NCBI GenBank assembly: GCA_963662465.1
Contig: OY759599.1
Span: 5,728,001 to 5,792,000, forward strand
Length of the DNA: 64,000 nt
Direction: 5' to 3'
Origin: Desulfatiglandales bacterium
GTDB lineage: Bacteria; Desulfobacterota; DSM-4660; Desulfatiglandales; Desulfatiglandaceae
Part shown: positions 37,113 to 49,913 of the stretch, one piece after another
Position numbering within the stretch: the first letter of the stretch is position 1
How the letters are laid out: each line of letters opens with the position of its first letter
Made by a program: the position numbers and the translations under genes
The notes under the pieces: generated by a model
Database searches by the model: none
Seen by the model: the letters and a program-made list of their open reading frames with translations, nothing else
Told to the model about the DNA's origin: nothing

Positions 37113-38657
37113 TTATCTCATTCGTTTGAGATTATTCAGAAGCTTATTGGTTTTGGTGGTTTTTGTTTTTGCGGCCGTCATGGTTTTTTCTTTCTTACCG
37201 GCAGCAGCCCTTTCTTCAAGACGCTTTCGGTTTTCCGCTGCGCGTGCTTCTCTCACTGCAGCTTCCTCGGCCTCTCTTTTGGCCACTTCGGCGGCTTTGG
37301 CCTTCGCTTCCGCATCCGCTTTGGCCTTTGCCTCTGCTTCGGCTTTGGCTGCGGCATCCGCTTTGGCCTTCGCTTCCGCATCCGCTTTGGCTGCCGCTTT
37401 GGCTTTCTCTTCCGCTTCAGCTTTAACCTTGGCTTCCGCTTCCGCCTTGGCTTCGGGATCTTCTTTTGGCACTGCCTTCACTTCGGCTTTAACTTCCGGT
37501 TTGGCCTCAACTTTGGGCGCCGGAGCTGCTTTAGGCGCTTCCTTAACCGGGGCTTTGGCTTCCGGCTTTTTGGCTGCTTTGGCCGCGGCAGGTTTTTTCT
37601 CTGCTTCAGCTGTAGCGAAATTCAAATCCGGTTCAGGCGAAACGGCCAAAAGATCCGCTGTTTTAAGGTCAAGAATCTTGGAAACATCGGCTACACCGGA
37701 GGCTGTTCCACCATTAGAAAGCAATTCAATGAAAGACTTGGTTAAACGGACGCTTTCCGGATGGCGAAGAATCACCACGGACGCACCGGCCATCAAATAA
37801 CAGACAGCCGCCGTCGATTCCATCATGATGCCCCGTTTTTCAGGATCGCCCAGGGTAGGCGCTTCCTCGATGCTCAGTTTGGCTTCCTTACATTTCCATA
37901 TTTCGTTGCCAAGATTGGAAATCATGGGAATCTGGAGTTTATCATCTTCCTGGGTCAGAGCCGCCATCATGATCCGTTCCATGACCGAGTATGAATATTC
38001 CATACCGTATCCCAAACCGCCGGTGGTGGGGTCAATAACAATCTTTTCGCCCTTGACGCCCAGATTTCCCAACAGAATGTTAAGCTGTTTGGCCAGGTTT
38101 ACATCGATAGGGGAAGATGAAACAATGGTTTGACCATAACCGAGAGCGCTGGCGCCCACACCCTTGTGGTTTGCCTCTTCCACCGGTCCAAGAGCAACAT
38201 TCTTTCCCTGACAGATTTCAGATATCTTCTTCAATACCATTTCATCCTTTGCGTTATTGGCAGTTCCCCACAGAACCAGGGGAACATCCACCGCATCGGC
38301 AACTTTCTTGGCGATTTCAGCGGTTTCTTCTGCGCCACGATCCATTCCATTCGGATCCGTACCCTTCAACTGCAATATGATTAAATCCGCTCCGTATTCG
38401 TCAACACATTTTTTTGCCCATGCATCGGGTGAAGCAATCACATCTTTAAAAGGTGCAACCGCCGCTTCAGGCCATTCTTCTGAAGGATCATAATCCCAGA
38501 CTTCCATTGCAACTTTTGGAACATTAGGCATACTGCCTTCAAAAAGATGGAAAGGGTATGAGTCTCCTCCACCCAGTTTTACGGCGCCGTCTCCAACGCC
38601 AAGTGTCGTTTCCCCTATTTTTCCGGAATAGGGCTGTTGTGGAATCTCAAAGGCCAA
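37113..38657 (-). CDS. acsD: Corrinoid Fe-S protein small subunit with a long Ala/Lys/Glu-rich C-terminal extension
   Basis: SPIDVNLAKQLN, DPTTGGLGYGMEYSYSVMERI, LRHP; TTG start after GGAGG; ~160-aa low-complexity tail. Confidence 0.93.
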   Translation of the reverse strand: MAFEIPQQPYSGKIGETTLGVGDGAVKLGGGDSYPFHLFEGSMPNVPKVAMEVWDYDPSEEWPEAAVAPFKDVIASPDAWAKKCVDEYGADLIILQLKGTDPNGMDRGAEETAEIAKKVADAVDVPLVLWGTANNAKDEMVLKKISEICQGKNVALGPVEEANHKGVGASALGYGQTIVSSSPIDVNLAKQLNILLGNLGVKGEKIVIDPTTGGLGYGMEYSYSVMERIMMAALTQEDDKLQIPMISNLGNEIWKCKEAKLSIEEAPTLGDPEKRGIMMESTAAVCYLMAGASVVILRHPESVRLTKSFIELLSNGGTASGVADVSKILDLKTADLLAVSPEPDLNFATAEAEKKPAAAKAAKKPEAKAPVKEAPKAAPAPKVEAKPEVKAEVKAVPKEDPEAKAEAEAKVKAEAEEKAKAAAKADAEAKAKADAAAKAEAEAKAKADAEAKAKAAEVAKREAEEAAVREARAAENRKRLEERAAAGKKEKTMTAAKTKTTKTNKLLNNLKRMR

Positions 38658-38809
38658 TTTATGTCCCTCCTTCTTGGATTCTTTGTTTGTTCACAATTTG
38701 CGGCTTATGGCCGCTGTTAATATTTAAAAAATGTAAAAAAAAACCACTTGTGAAAAATTATACATAGCCGGCACAAAAAAATACCTCTGCTTTTGAGGTC
38801 ATTGCGCGT

Positions 38810-38838
38810 AAATTAGAAGATTATTGAAACGTTGTCAA
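38810..38838 (-). promoter_or_regulatory. Putative sigma70 promoter for acsD-cooS-acsB-acsC-acsE
   Basis: Minus strand TTGACA-N17-TAATTT. Confidence 0.5.
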
Positions 38839-38932
38839 GGGGTTTTTGCCTGTAATTTAAAAGGGTTTTATAATTTATTAACAACCCAACATATTGTGTA
38901 AAGCAAAAAGATCATACAAGATACAGGGATAT

Positions 38933-39679
38933 CTATGGAACAATCTGATCAAAAATACGATATGCAGCCTTCATGGCTTCATTTTCGTTTGGTAATTCCA
39001 CAGTTGGCTTTCCTTCCAGATCAAACTGTTGCAACACTGAATCTTCGGGAACCGTACCGATAAAATCCAATTTGTATTGGTTAAGGGCCTCATCTAAAGC
39101 CTCTGTTTGTCCCTCCTTGGCACGGTTGACCATGACGACTTTTCGGTTAATATTCAATTTAAGGGCATTGGTTAATTCCACAATACGATTCGCCGCCTGC
39201 AAACCTCGTCTTGTGGCGTCGGATACCACCAGAAGTACATCAATGTTATTGGTGGTAAGCCGGCTGATATGTTCCATGCCCGCTTCATTGTCCACGACCA
39301 GATAATTATAGTTGTCAATCAATTTTTCCAGGTATTGCGTTAAAAGCGAATTGGCCGCGCAGTAGCATCCGGCGCCTTCGGGACGTCCCATGGTAATCAG
39401 GTCAAATCCCTTGGACTCCACAATGGCTTCCTGAAGTTTCATTTCCATGTAGACATCTTTTGTCATGCCCGGCGATACACCTGTTTTCATGTCTTCCCTG
39501 GCATCCCCAAGGGTTTCCCCCGCCTCGAGTCCCAATACTTCATTAAAATTCGCATTGGCGTCGGCATCCACGGCCAAAACGGGTGTTTTTCCTTTCTCCA
39601 CCAGATACTTGATAAGCATACCCGCGGTTGTGGTTTTCCCGGTTCCACCTTTTCCCGCTAAGGCAATCGAATACGTCAT
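38933..39679 (-). CDS. cooC: CooC/AcsF-type Ni-insertion ATPase
   Basis: GKGGTGKTT, DADAN, GCYC, DNEAGMEH; SD GGAGG before ATG 39679. Confidence 0.92.
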   Translation of the reverse strand: MTYSIALAGKGGTGKTTTAGMLIKYLVEKGKTPVLAVDADANANFNEVLGLEAGETLGDAREDMKTGVSPGMTKDVYMEMKLQEAIVESKGFDLITMGRPEGAGCYCAANSLLTQYLEKLIDNYNYLVVDNEAGMEHISRLTTNNIDVLLVVSDATRRGLQAANRIVELTNALKLNINRKVVMVNRAKEGQTEALDEALNQYKLDFIGTVPEDSVLQQFDLEGKPTVELPNENEAMKAAYRIFDQIVP

Positions 39680-39807
39680 ACGTTCCTCCCTATTATTAAA
39701 ATAGCAAAATTTAATGGATATCTTTTTCAAAAATGTCAAAAATTCAATGCTCGTAAAAAAGTCTATCTATTACCCCACAACACATGGCTTATTCAACCTT
39801 TTTCCAA

Positions 39808-40020
39808 AAAATTTTAGAGTTGTTTATTTTATGTCAAACTTTGTCAAAAAATCGGAAAAGATGATGCTAAAGGTTGTTTTCTGAAAGAACCGGGTTATTG
39901 GTTTATAACCAAATTAAGAAAGTATAATTTATAAAATAAGATAGTTATCTTGCTTTTAAACAAATTTTAAATTCTTTATTGTTATGATTAATTTTATATA
40001 TTTAAAAAAATAATAATTTG
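39808..40020 (+). repeat. AT-rich origin-like element, copy C (upstream of dnaA; candidate oriC part)
   Basis: Reverse complement of copies A and B; same orientation as copy D; lies at the point where gene strand switches. Confidence 0.8.
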
Positions 40021-40142
40021 AAATTTATGGGAACGGTATACCGTACAAATTCAATTTCAGATTTCGATTGCTATCTTTTTTAAAACTCTCTATAATTTAA
40101 TGTTTCTAAAAAAACCTTTTTCCTAACCCACAACTATTTTCC

Positions 40143-41465
40143 ATGATAACAAAAAATGAAATATGGGACCAAATAAAAGAGAATATTAAAGGTGATATTC
40201 CCAAATCCGAGTTCAAAACGTGGCTATCCCAAACATCGTTGCTGGAGATCAGCTCGGAACTAGCAGTTATTGAGGTTCCAAATAAATTTATTGCGGCTTG
40301 GCTTTCCGACAATTACAGTGATCGTATAAGACGATTGCTGCAAGATCACGTCCGTACCCACCCGGCAATCCAATTTTCTTACAAAACCCTCGATAGTAGA
40401 AAAACAGGAAAAAAGAAAAGTGTTAATAAAAGATCAAAAGCGTTTTTTTCGCATGGACTGAATCCATCTCATACCTTCTCTGATTTTGTTAAAGCAGGGT
40501 CCAATGGCCTTGCCTGCTCTTCAGCACTTGATGTTGCGAACAATCCATTTTGCAAGTATAATCCCCTTTACATTTTCAGCAAACAGAGTTTGGGGAAAAC
40601 TCATCTTTTGCATGCTATCGGCAATGAGGTCATAAAAAGAGACCGCGAAAAAAAAGCCATTTATTTGTCAGCTGAATGTGTTGTTTCTCAATTTGAAAAA
40701 CTTGTTCCCGACATATTTGAATGTTTTTGGGAAGAAGAAAAACCTCCTCAAGTTTTATTGCTCGACGACATTCAAATTATTACAAATCATCGAGAATCAC
40801 AAAAAGAATTGCTTTCTCTTTGTAGTTTTTTCCTGGAATCAAACCGCCAGTTGGTAGTTGCCGCTACCGCTCCTCCAAATCAGATTAAAAACCTTTTGCC
40901 ACAACTGCGCTCACGCCTTGAATGGGGTTTAATTACAGAAATAAAAGTACCCAGTCAAAAAACAAAAATGAAAGTGATCAACCAAAAAGCAAAATATGAA
41001 GGTATTCAGTTTCCAGAGGACGCACAATTTTTACTGGCAAGTTCAACCAATGATTTTAAAAAACTGGTTAACCAAGTTAAAAAGATCAAAGCTCATACAA
41101 ACCTTTACGGAACCAAAACAAATGTTTTCACCGTTCAATCCGTTCTTGAAAATAAACCGCATTTTCATATCAGACCTGAGCGTATTCAAGAAATTACGGC
41201 TAAATATTTTCAAATTTCAATATCAGATCTTTTAAGCCGAAAAAAAGAACGAAAAATTTCCTATCCCAGGCAGGTAGCCATCTACCTTACCAGAAAATAC
41301 ACGGATATGTCTTTAAAGGAAATTGGAAGCGCTTTCGGTAATAAACATCATTCATCAATAATATATTCAATCAACAATATCGAAAAAAGTATAAAATCAA
41401 AAATAGAGATTATAAACGATATAAATAAATTAAAAGCGTTTCTTTCAAATAGCTCAGTTTTGTAA
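40143..41465 (+). CDS. dnaA: Chromosomal replication initiator DnaA, divergent
   Basis: Domain I (FKTWL, VPNKF), LNPSHTFSDFV, YNPLYI..LGKTHL, LLLDDIQ, LRSRLEWGL, domain IV PRQVAIYL; precedes dnaN-gyrB. Confidence 0.9.
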   Translation: MITKNEIWDQIKENIKGDIPKSEFKTWLSQTSLLEISSELAVIEVPNKFIAAWLSDNYSDRIRRLLQDHVRTHPAIQFSYKTLDSRKTGKKKSVNKRSKAFFSHGLNPSHTFSDFVKAGSNGLACSSALDVANNPFCKYNPLYIFSKQSLGKTHLLHAIGNEVIKRDREKKAIYLSAECVVSQFEKLVPDIFECFWEEEKPPQVLLLDDIQIITNHRESQKELLSLCSFFLESNRQLVVAATAPPNQIKNLLPQLRSRLEWGLITEIKVPSQKTKMKVINQKAKYEGIQFPEDAQFLLASSTNDFKKLVNQVKKIKAHTNLYGTKTNVFTVQSVLENKPHFHIRPERIQEITAKYFQISISDLLSRKKERKISYPRQVAIYLTRKYTDMSLKEIGSAFGNKHHSSIIYSINNIEKSIKSKIEIINDINKLKAFLSNSSVL

Positions 41466-41482
41466 AATTGAAAAAGCTTTTA

Positions 41483-41675
41483 ATTTTATGTCAGACTTTG
41501 TTTGAAAGAAGAAAAAACGACCTCAAAAGCTACTTTATTGAAAGGAAATACCTTATTCGTTGTTAACGAATTCATAAAATAAAAACAAAAAAATCAAATG
41601 GTTTTTCTATTTTTTAACAAACTTTCAACCCTGTTATTATTGTGATTAATTTTATATATCTAAAAAAACAATAAA
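41483..41675 (+). other. dnaA-dnaN intergenic region, candidate oriC (copy D of the AT-rich element)
   Basis: Canonical origin position; CCTG followed by TTA-TTA-TTG-TGA-TTA trio-like run and an AT-rich tract; both ends match copy C (ATTTTATGTCARACTTTGT; TGATTAATTTTATATAT). Confidence 0.65.
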
Positions 41676-41694
41676 ATCACCAACGGAGGAAATA

Positions 41695-45199
<3,505 letters not shown>

Positions 45200-45202
45200 G
45201 GG

Positions 45203-45251
45203 AGTGAAAAGTGAAAAGTGAAAAGTAGGGGCTGGCCCCAGTGCCTGCCCT
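45203..45251. repeat. (AGTGAAA)x3 heptamer run followed by a GTAG-type REP
   Basis: AGTGAAAAGTGAAAAGTGAAA then GTAGGGGCTGGCCCCAGTGCCTGCCCT in the gyrB-gyrA spacer. Confidence 0.6.
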
Positions 45252-45286
45252 TTGAAATATAAGATATTTGGAGAAACCATAATATT

Positions 45287-47710
45287 ATGATTCAGGATGT
45301 AGAACCCGAATTTGTTAATATCGAAGATGAGATGAAAAAGTCTTATCTCGAATACTCCATGAGCGTTATTGTGGGTCGAGCGCTTCCGGACATCAGGGAC
45401 GGTCTGAAACCGGTTCATAGACGTGTATTGTTCGCCATGAATGACCTGAAGAATTTTTTCAACAGGCCATATAAAAAATCGGCAAGGGTCGTGGGCGATG
45501 TCATTGGTAAATATCACCCCCATGGGGATAGCGCAGTATATGATACCATCGTTCGTATGGCTCAGGATTTCTCTCTAAGATACTGTCTTATTGATGGTCA
45601 GGGAAACTTTGGAAGCGTGGATGGCGATCCGCCGGCCGCAATGCGGTACACCGAAGTGAGGATGACGCGAACGACGCAGGATTTTTTATCCGACCTTGAT
45701 AAGGAAACGGTCGATTTCGTACCCACCTATGATGGAAGTCTCCTGGAACCCCTGGTTCTTCCAACCAAAGTACCGAATTTATTGATTAATGGATCTTCCG
45801 GAATCGCCGTGGGCATGGCCACTAACATCCCCCCCCATAACCTTTCGGAAATTTGCGCCGGCATTGAAAAGGTTATGGACAATCCCGACGTGTCCTTGAG
45901 GGAATTGATGACTGCTATCCCTGGACCCGATTTTCCAACGGCTGGATTTATTCTCGGGAAAAAAGGAATTGTGGAGGCCTATGGTACGGGAAGGGGCATC
46001 ATCAAGGTCAGGGCGAGAGCCTTTGTGGAACAATATGGCCACAATAAAGAGAGGATCGTTGTTTCTGAAATTCCTTATCAGGTCAATAAAGGAAAATTGC
46101 TGGAAAAGATGGCGGCCCAGGTAAGGGATAAGAAAATTGAAGGCATTTCCGAAATTCGCGATGAATCGGACCGGGACGGCATGCGCATTGTCGTTGAAAT
46201 TAAACGAGATGCGCATGCGCTGGTTATACTGAACCAGCTCTATAAATATACCCAAATGAAAGTTTCTTTTGGCATTATCCTGCTGGCAATTGTCAATGGA
46301 CGGCCCGAAATTTTGACGCTCAAGGGAATGATTCAGCATTTTATCAAACATCGCCACGAAGTGATCGTGCGCAGAACCATCTTTGATTTGAAGAAAGCGG
46401 AAGCGCGGGCTCATATTCTCGAGGGCCTCAAAAAAGCCCTTGATTTTTTAGACGAAATCATTGAATTGATCCGATCTTCCGCTGATGCAAAAGAAGCGAA
46501 GGAAAGACTGATTTCAGAGTTTCAATTTTCAGAAATACAGGCCCAGGCCATTCTGGATATGAGACTGCAACGGCTGACGGGACTTGAAAGAGAAAAAATT
46601 CATTCGGAATATGAAGCGTTGCTAAAAGATATCGCCTATTATAAGGCCATCCTGGCGACGCCTTCCATGATTCTGGATATCATTAAGGAAGAACTGAAAG
46701 AGATTAAAGCGGCTTACGGCGATGACCGGCGGACGGAGATTGTGGAAGATGCCGGGGAAATTGATATGGAGGATCTCATCGCCGAAGAAGATATGGTGGT
46801 GACCGTCAGTCATACAGGATACATTAAACGAAACCCCATCAGTCTATATCGGGCACAGCGCCGAGGCGGAAAAGGGATGACCGGCGCTAAAACCAAGGAA
46901 GAGGATTTTGTTGAGCATCTGTTTGTGGCTTCTTCACATGACCATTTTCTTTTTTTCAGCAACAAAGGACGGGTTTACTGGAAAAAAGTCCATGAAATTC
47001 CGGAGGGCGGAAGAACATCTAGGGGAAAGGCCATTGTCAATCTTCTGGACCTGAAAAAAGGGGAACGGCTGGCCACTATACTTCCCGTCAGAGATTATGA
47101 AGAAGGCAAATACGTGGTGATGGCCACCAAAATGGGACTGGTGAAAAAAACAGAGCTTACAGCATACAGCCATCCCAGGTCCGTTGGCACCATCGGGCTG
47201 AAAATTAAAGAAAATGATGAATTGATTGGCGTTAGGGTTTCCAGCGGCGAACAGAGTATTTTTCTAACCACCAGGGAAGGAAAATCCATCCGGTTCAAAG
47301 AATCCGACCTGAGAAGCATGGGCAGAGTGGCTTCTGGGAATATTGGGATAAAAATGGAACCGGGCAATGAGGTTGTGGGGATGGAAACCCTTGGTGAAGA
47401 CGCAACCATCTTGACGGTTACGGAAAACGGGTTTGGAAAACGGACGAAAACCGATGAATATCCGATTCAGGCAAGGTCCGGTAAAGGCGTCATTACCATC
47501 AAAACCAGTGAAAGAAACGGCGCCGTGGTCTACGCTTATGAAGTAACGGACCAGGATGAGTTGATGATTATTACGGGCCATGGAAAAATAATTCGATTAC
47601 GGGTCGCGGATATTTCAGTTATCGGAAGAAACACCCAGGGGGTAAAACTCATTAATTTGGGAGAAGGGGAAAAGGTTGTGGGTGTTGCCAAGATTATGGA
47701 AGAAGACTGA
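45287..47710 (+). CDS. gyrA: DNA gyrase subunit A
   Basis: [23 protein letters not shown], GyrA box QRRGGKG. Confidence 0.98.
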   Translation: MIQDVEPEFVNIEDEMKKSYLEYSMSVIVGRALPDIRDGLKPVHRRVLFAMNDLKNFFNRPYKKSARVVGDVIGKYHPHGDSAVYDTIVRMAQDFSLRYCLIDGQGNFGSVDGDPPAAMRYTEVRMTRTTQDFLSDLDKETVDFVPTYDGSLLEPLVLPTKVPNLLINGSSGIAVGMATNIPPHNLSEICAGIEKVMDNPDVSLRELMTAIPGPDFPTAGFILGKKGIVEAYGTGRGIIKVRARAFVEQYGHNKERIVVSEIPYQVNKGKLLEKMAAQVRDKKIEGISEIRDESDRDGMRIVVEIKRDAHALVILNQLYKYTQMKVSFGIILLAIVNGRPEILTLKGMIQHFIKHRHEVIVRRTIFDLKKAEARAHILEGLKKALDFLDEIIELIRSSADAKEAKERLISEFQFSEIQAQAILDMRLQRLTGLEREKIHSEYEALLKDIAYYKAILATPSMILDIIKEELKEIKAAYGDDRRTEIVEDAGEIDMEDLIAEEDMVVTVSHTGYIKRNPISLYRAQRRGGKGMTGAKTKEEDFVEHLFVASSHDHFLFFSNKGRVYWKKVHEIPEGGRTSRGKAIVNLLDLKKGERLATILPVRDYEEGKYVVMATKMGLVKKTELTAYSHPRSVGTIGLKIKENDELIGVRVSSGEQSIFLTTREGKSIRFKESDLRSMGRVASGNIGIKMEPGNEVVGMETLGEDATILTVTENGFGKRTKTDEYPIQARSGKGVITIKTSERNGAVVYAYEVTDQDELMIITGHGKIIRLRVADISVIGRNTQGVKLINLGEGEKVVGVAKIMEED

Positions 47711-47742
47711 GTATAAATTTAACCTTGAAAGGAAAGTAATCC

Positions 47743-48768
47743 GTGGGGTTAGTTGAATTAACAAAAATCGCGGTGATTGGGGCAGGGAGCTGGGGAACCG
47801 CATTGGCCAATCTTCTGGCGGGGAAACCGGGCTTGGAGGTTGATCTATGGGTTCGTGAGAAAGAGGTGTTCAGGGAGATCAGAGAGCACCATACGAATCA
47901 TCTGTTTTTGCCGGGTGTTCAACTGGCTCCCGGTCTAAAACCGGTTTCGTCTTTCCAGGAGGCTCTGCATGAAAAACAACTGATTCTTATGGCGGCGCCT
48001 TCCCATGTGTTCCGAGAGGTCCTGGAGGGATTGCGTTCTTATCTTAAACCGGACATAAGCCTGATGATGGCGACAAAAGGGATTGAGAATGATACATTGA
48101 TGATCATGAGCCAGGTGGCTGAAGCGGTTTTGGGTCCTCGGATATTGACAAATTTTGCATGCCTTGCGGGACCCAGTTTTGCAAAAGAGGTGAGCCGGGA
48201 ATTTCCCACGGCGGTCACCATTGCCTGTGAAGATCCGATCCATGGGGAGAACCTCCAGCGGCTTTTTTTTACGGACTTTTTCCGCGTATACCTCAGCAGC
48301 GATGTGGTGGGAACTCAGTTGGGAGGGGCACTCAAAAATGTGGTGGCCATTGCGGCGGGAGTTTCCGATGGACTCAATTTCGGACATAACGCACGTGCGG
48401 CGCTGATTACGAGAGGACTGGCGGAGATCACGCGGCTGGGGGTCCGTATGGGGTCTAATCCCCACACCTTTGCGGGGCTTGCGGGCATGGGGGACCTGGT
48501 CCTTACCTGCACGGGCGATTTGAGTCGGAACAGGACGGTGGGACTTGCGGTGGGGAAAGGGAAAACCATCGAAGAAATCACATCCCACATGAATATGGTG
48601 GCTGAAGGGATTAAAACGGCGAAGTCCGCTTATCAGCTCGCTGGAAAAATGAATGTGATTATGCCCATCGTGGATCAGGTTTACGAAATTTTGTATGAAA
48701 AAAAGGATCCCCGACAAGCGGTTAGAGAACTCATGACAAGGGATTTAAAAGTTGAGCTTGAACACTGA
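47743..48768 (+). CDS. gpsA: NAD(P)H-dependent glycerol-3-phosphate dehydrogenase
   Basis: GAGSWGTALA, TKGIE, GALKNV, GDLVLTC..LSRN. Confidence 0.95.
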   Translation: MGLVELTKIAVIGAGSWGTALANLLAGKPGLEVDLWVREKEVFREIREHHTNHLFLPGVQLAPGLKPVSSFQEALHEKQLILMAAPSHVFREVLEGLRSYLKPDISLMMATKGIENDTLMIMSQVAEAVLGPRILTNFACLAGPSFAKEVSREFPTAVTIACEDPIHGENLQRLFFTDFFRVYLSSDVVGTQLGGALKNVVAIAAGVSDGLNFGHNARAALITRGLAEITRLGVRMGSNPHTFAGLAGMGDLVLTCTGDLSRNRTVGLAVGKGKTIEEITSHMNMVAEGIKTAKSAYQLAGKMNVIMPIVDQVYEILYEKKDPRQAVRELMTRDLKVELEH

Positions 48769-48772
48769 AGTG

Positions 48773-49612
48773 ATGGAAAAACAAAACATTAAAACAAATG
48801 GCGCCGAAAATTCAGAACCTTTTCATCCGGGCGTTGTCTCCCATGGGTTGAAGGAATGTATTTTTGGACAAAATATGATTTACAGGGATACTATTGGTTC
48901 CACCAATGCTGAGTTAAAAAAACTTGCTCAGGAAGGAGCGCCCGAGGGAACGGTGGTGGTTGCTGATGAACAGAGGGCCGGTTGTGGAAGACTGGGAAGA
49001 CAGTGGGTTTCAAAAAAAAGAGAAAATCTACTTTTTTCGGTTCTGTTGCGGCCGAATTTACCGCCTGAGAAGATTTTTGTTTTAACCATGATTTTTGCGT
49101 TGGCGGGTATTGATGCAGTGGAGACCGTGAGTGGTTTGCGGGCCATGATCAAATGGCCCAATGACATCTATGTGGGCGTAAAAAAGCTCGGGGGTATTTT
49201 AACGGAATTCGCCATTAGCCAAAGGACTGTTCAATACACGGTTTTAGGGATGGGACTGAATGTGAATTGGAATCCATCCAGGGTCGTGACCCTGTTGTAT
49301 CCGTCTTCAAGCATTTTTTCGGAAACACGAAAAAAAATCTCCAGAGAGGAACTGTTGACCCTGATATTAAGCCGGTTTGAACTTTTTTATCAAAGGGTTC
49401 TTGGGGATAAGAATGACCATGACGTGTTTTACAAAAGGTGGAATGAAAGATCCGCTATACTGGGAAAACAGGTGGTCATCGAAACGGGCAATGAGTGCGT
49501 ACAAGGAGAGGCCGCGGGGATCGATCATGATGGGACGTTGACCTTGATTACCGGTGACGGGCAACGAAGGAAATTTCTCTGTGGCGATGTTTCAGTTAAA
49601 ACGACGTTCTGA
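48773..49612 (+). CDS. birA: Biotin-[acetyl-CoA-carboxylase] ligase without an N-terminal HTH
   Basis: STN, QRAGCGRLGRQW, KWPND, KLGGIL. Confidence 0.9.
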   Translation: MEKQNIKTNGAENSEPFHPGVVSHGLKECIFGQNMIYRDTIGSTNAELKKLAQEGAPEGTVVVADEQRAGCGRLGRQWVSKKRENLLFSVLLRPNLPPEKIFVLTMIFALAGIDAVETVSGLRAMIKWPNDIYVGVKKLGGILTEFAISQRTVQYTVLGMGLNVNWNPSRVVTLLYPSSSIFSETRKKISREELLTLILSRFELFYQRVLGDKNDHDVFYKRWNERSAILGKQVVIETGNECVQGEAAGIDHDGTLTLITGDGQRRKFLCGDVSVKTTF

Positions 49613-49626
49613 AAGGAAAATTGAAT

Positions 49627-49797
49627 ATGGCGACCCTTCAACCCAAAGGTGAAAAAGTCAAACAGGCCATTAAGTGGATTTCAGAAAACTTAAAGGAAGA
49701 CGAGGCCCGGAGTATCGTGAAACTCATTGAAGAAGCGGGAGCGAGATTTAACCTGTCGCCAAAGGATGAGGATTTTTTGAGATCTTTTTATCGCTAA
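49627..49797 (+). CDS. Small 56-aa hypothetical helical protein (below the ORF-track cutoff)
   Basis: AAGGA SD; MATLQPKGEKVKQAIKWISENLKEDEARSIVKLIEEAGARFNLSPKDEDFLRSFYR*. Confidence 0.75.
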   Translation: MATLQPKGEKVKQAIKWISENLKEDEARSIVKLIEEAGARFNLSPKDEDFLRSFYR

Positions 49798-49845
49798 TAT
49801 CATCCCCGTGATTTCCGTTTTTTCCTACCCAGAAACCATCCAATA

Positions 49846-49871
49846 GGCTCCCACGCGGGAGCGTGAGAACC
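49846..49871. repeat. REP-like palindrome
   Basis: GGCTCCCACGC-GGGA-GCGTGAGAACC, same family as 4659 and 13749. Confidence 0.55.
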
Positions 49872-49913
49872 AGATGAGATCTCATATTAGATCAACCCAA
49901 AAAGGAGGACACC

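Noticed and set aside
37126..37800. 224-aa Ala/Ser-rich plus-strand ORF
   Set aside because: Antisense shadow of the repetitive acsD tail.
38748..38765. Rex-like operator TTGTGAAAAATTATACAT upstream of acsD
   Set aside because: Only the left half matches TTGTGAA-N4-TTCACAA; too weak in AT-rich DNA.
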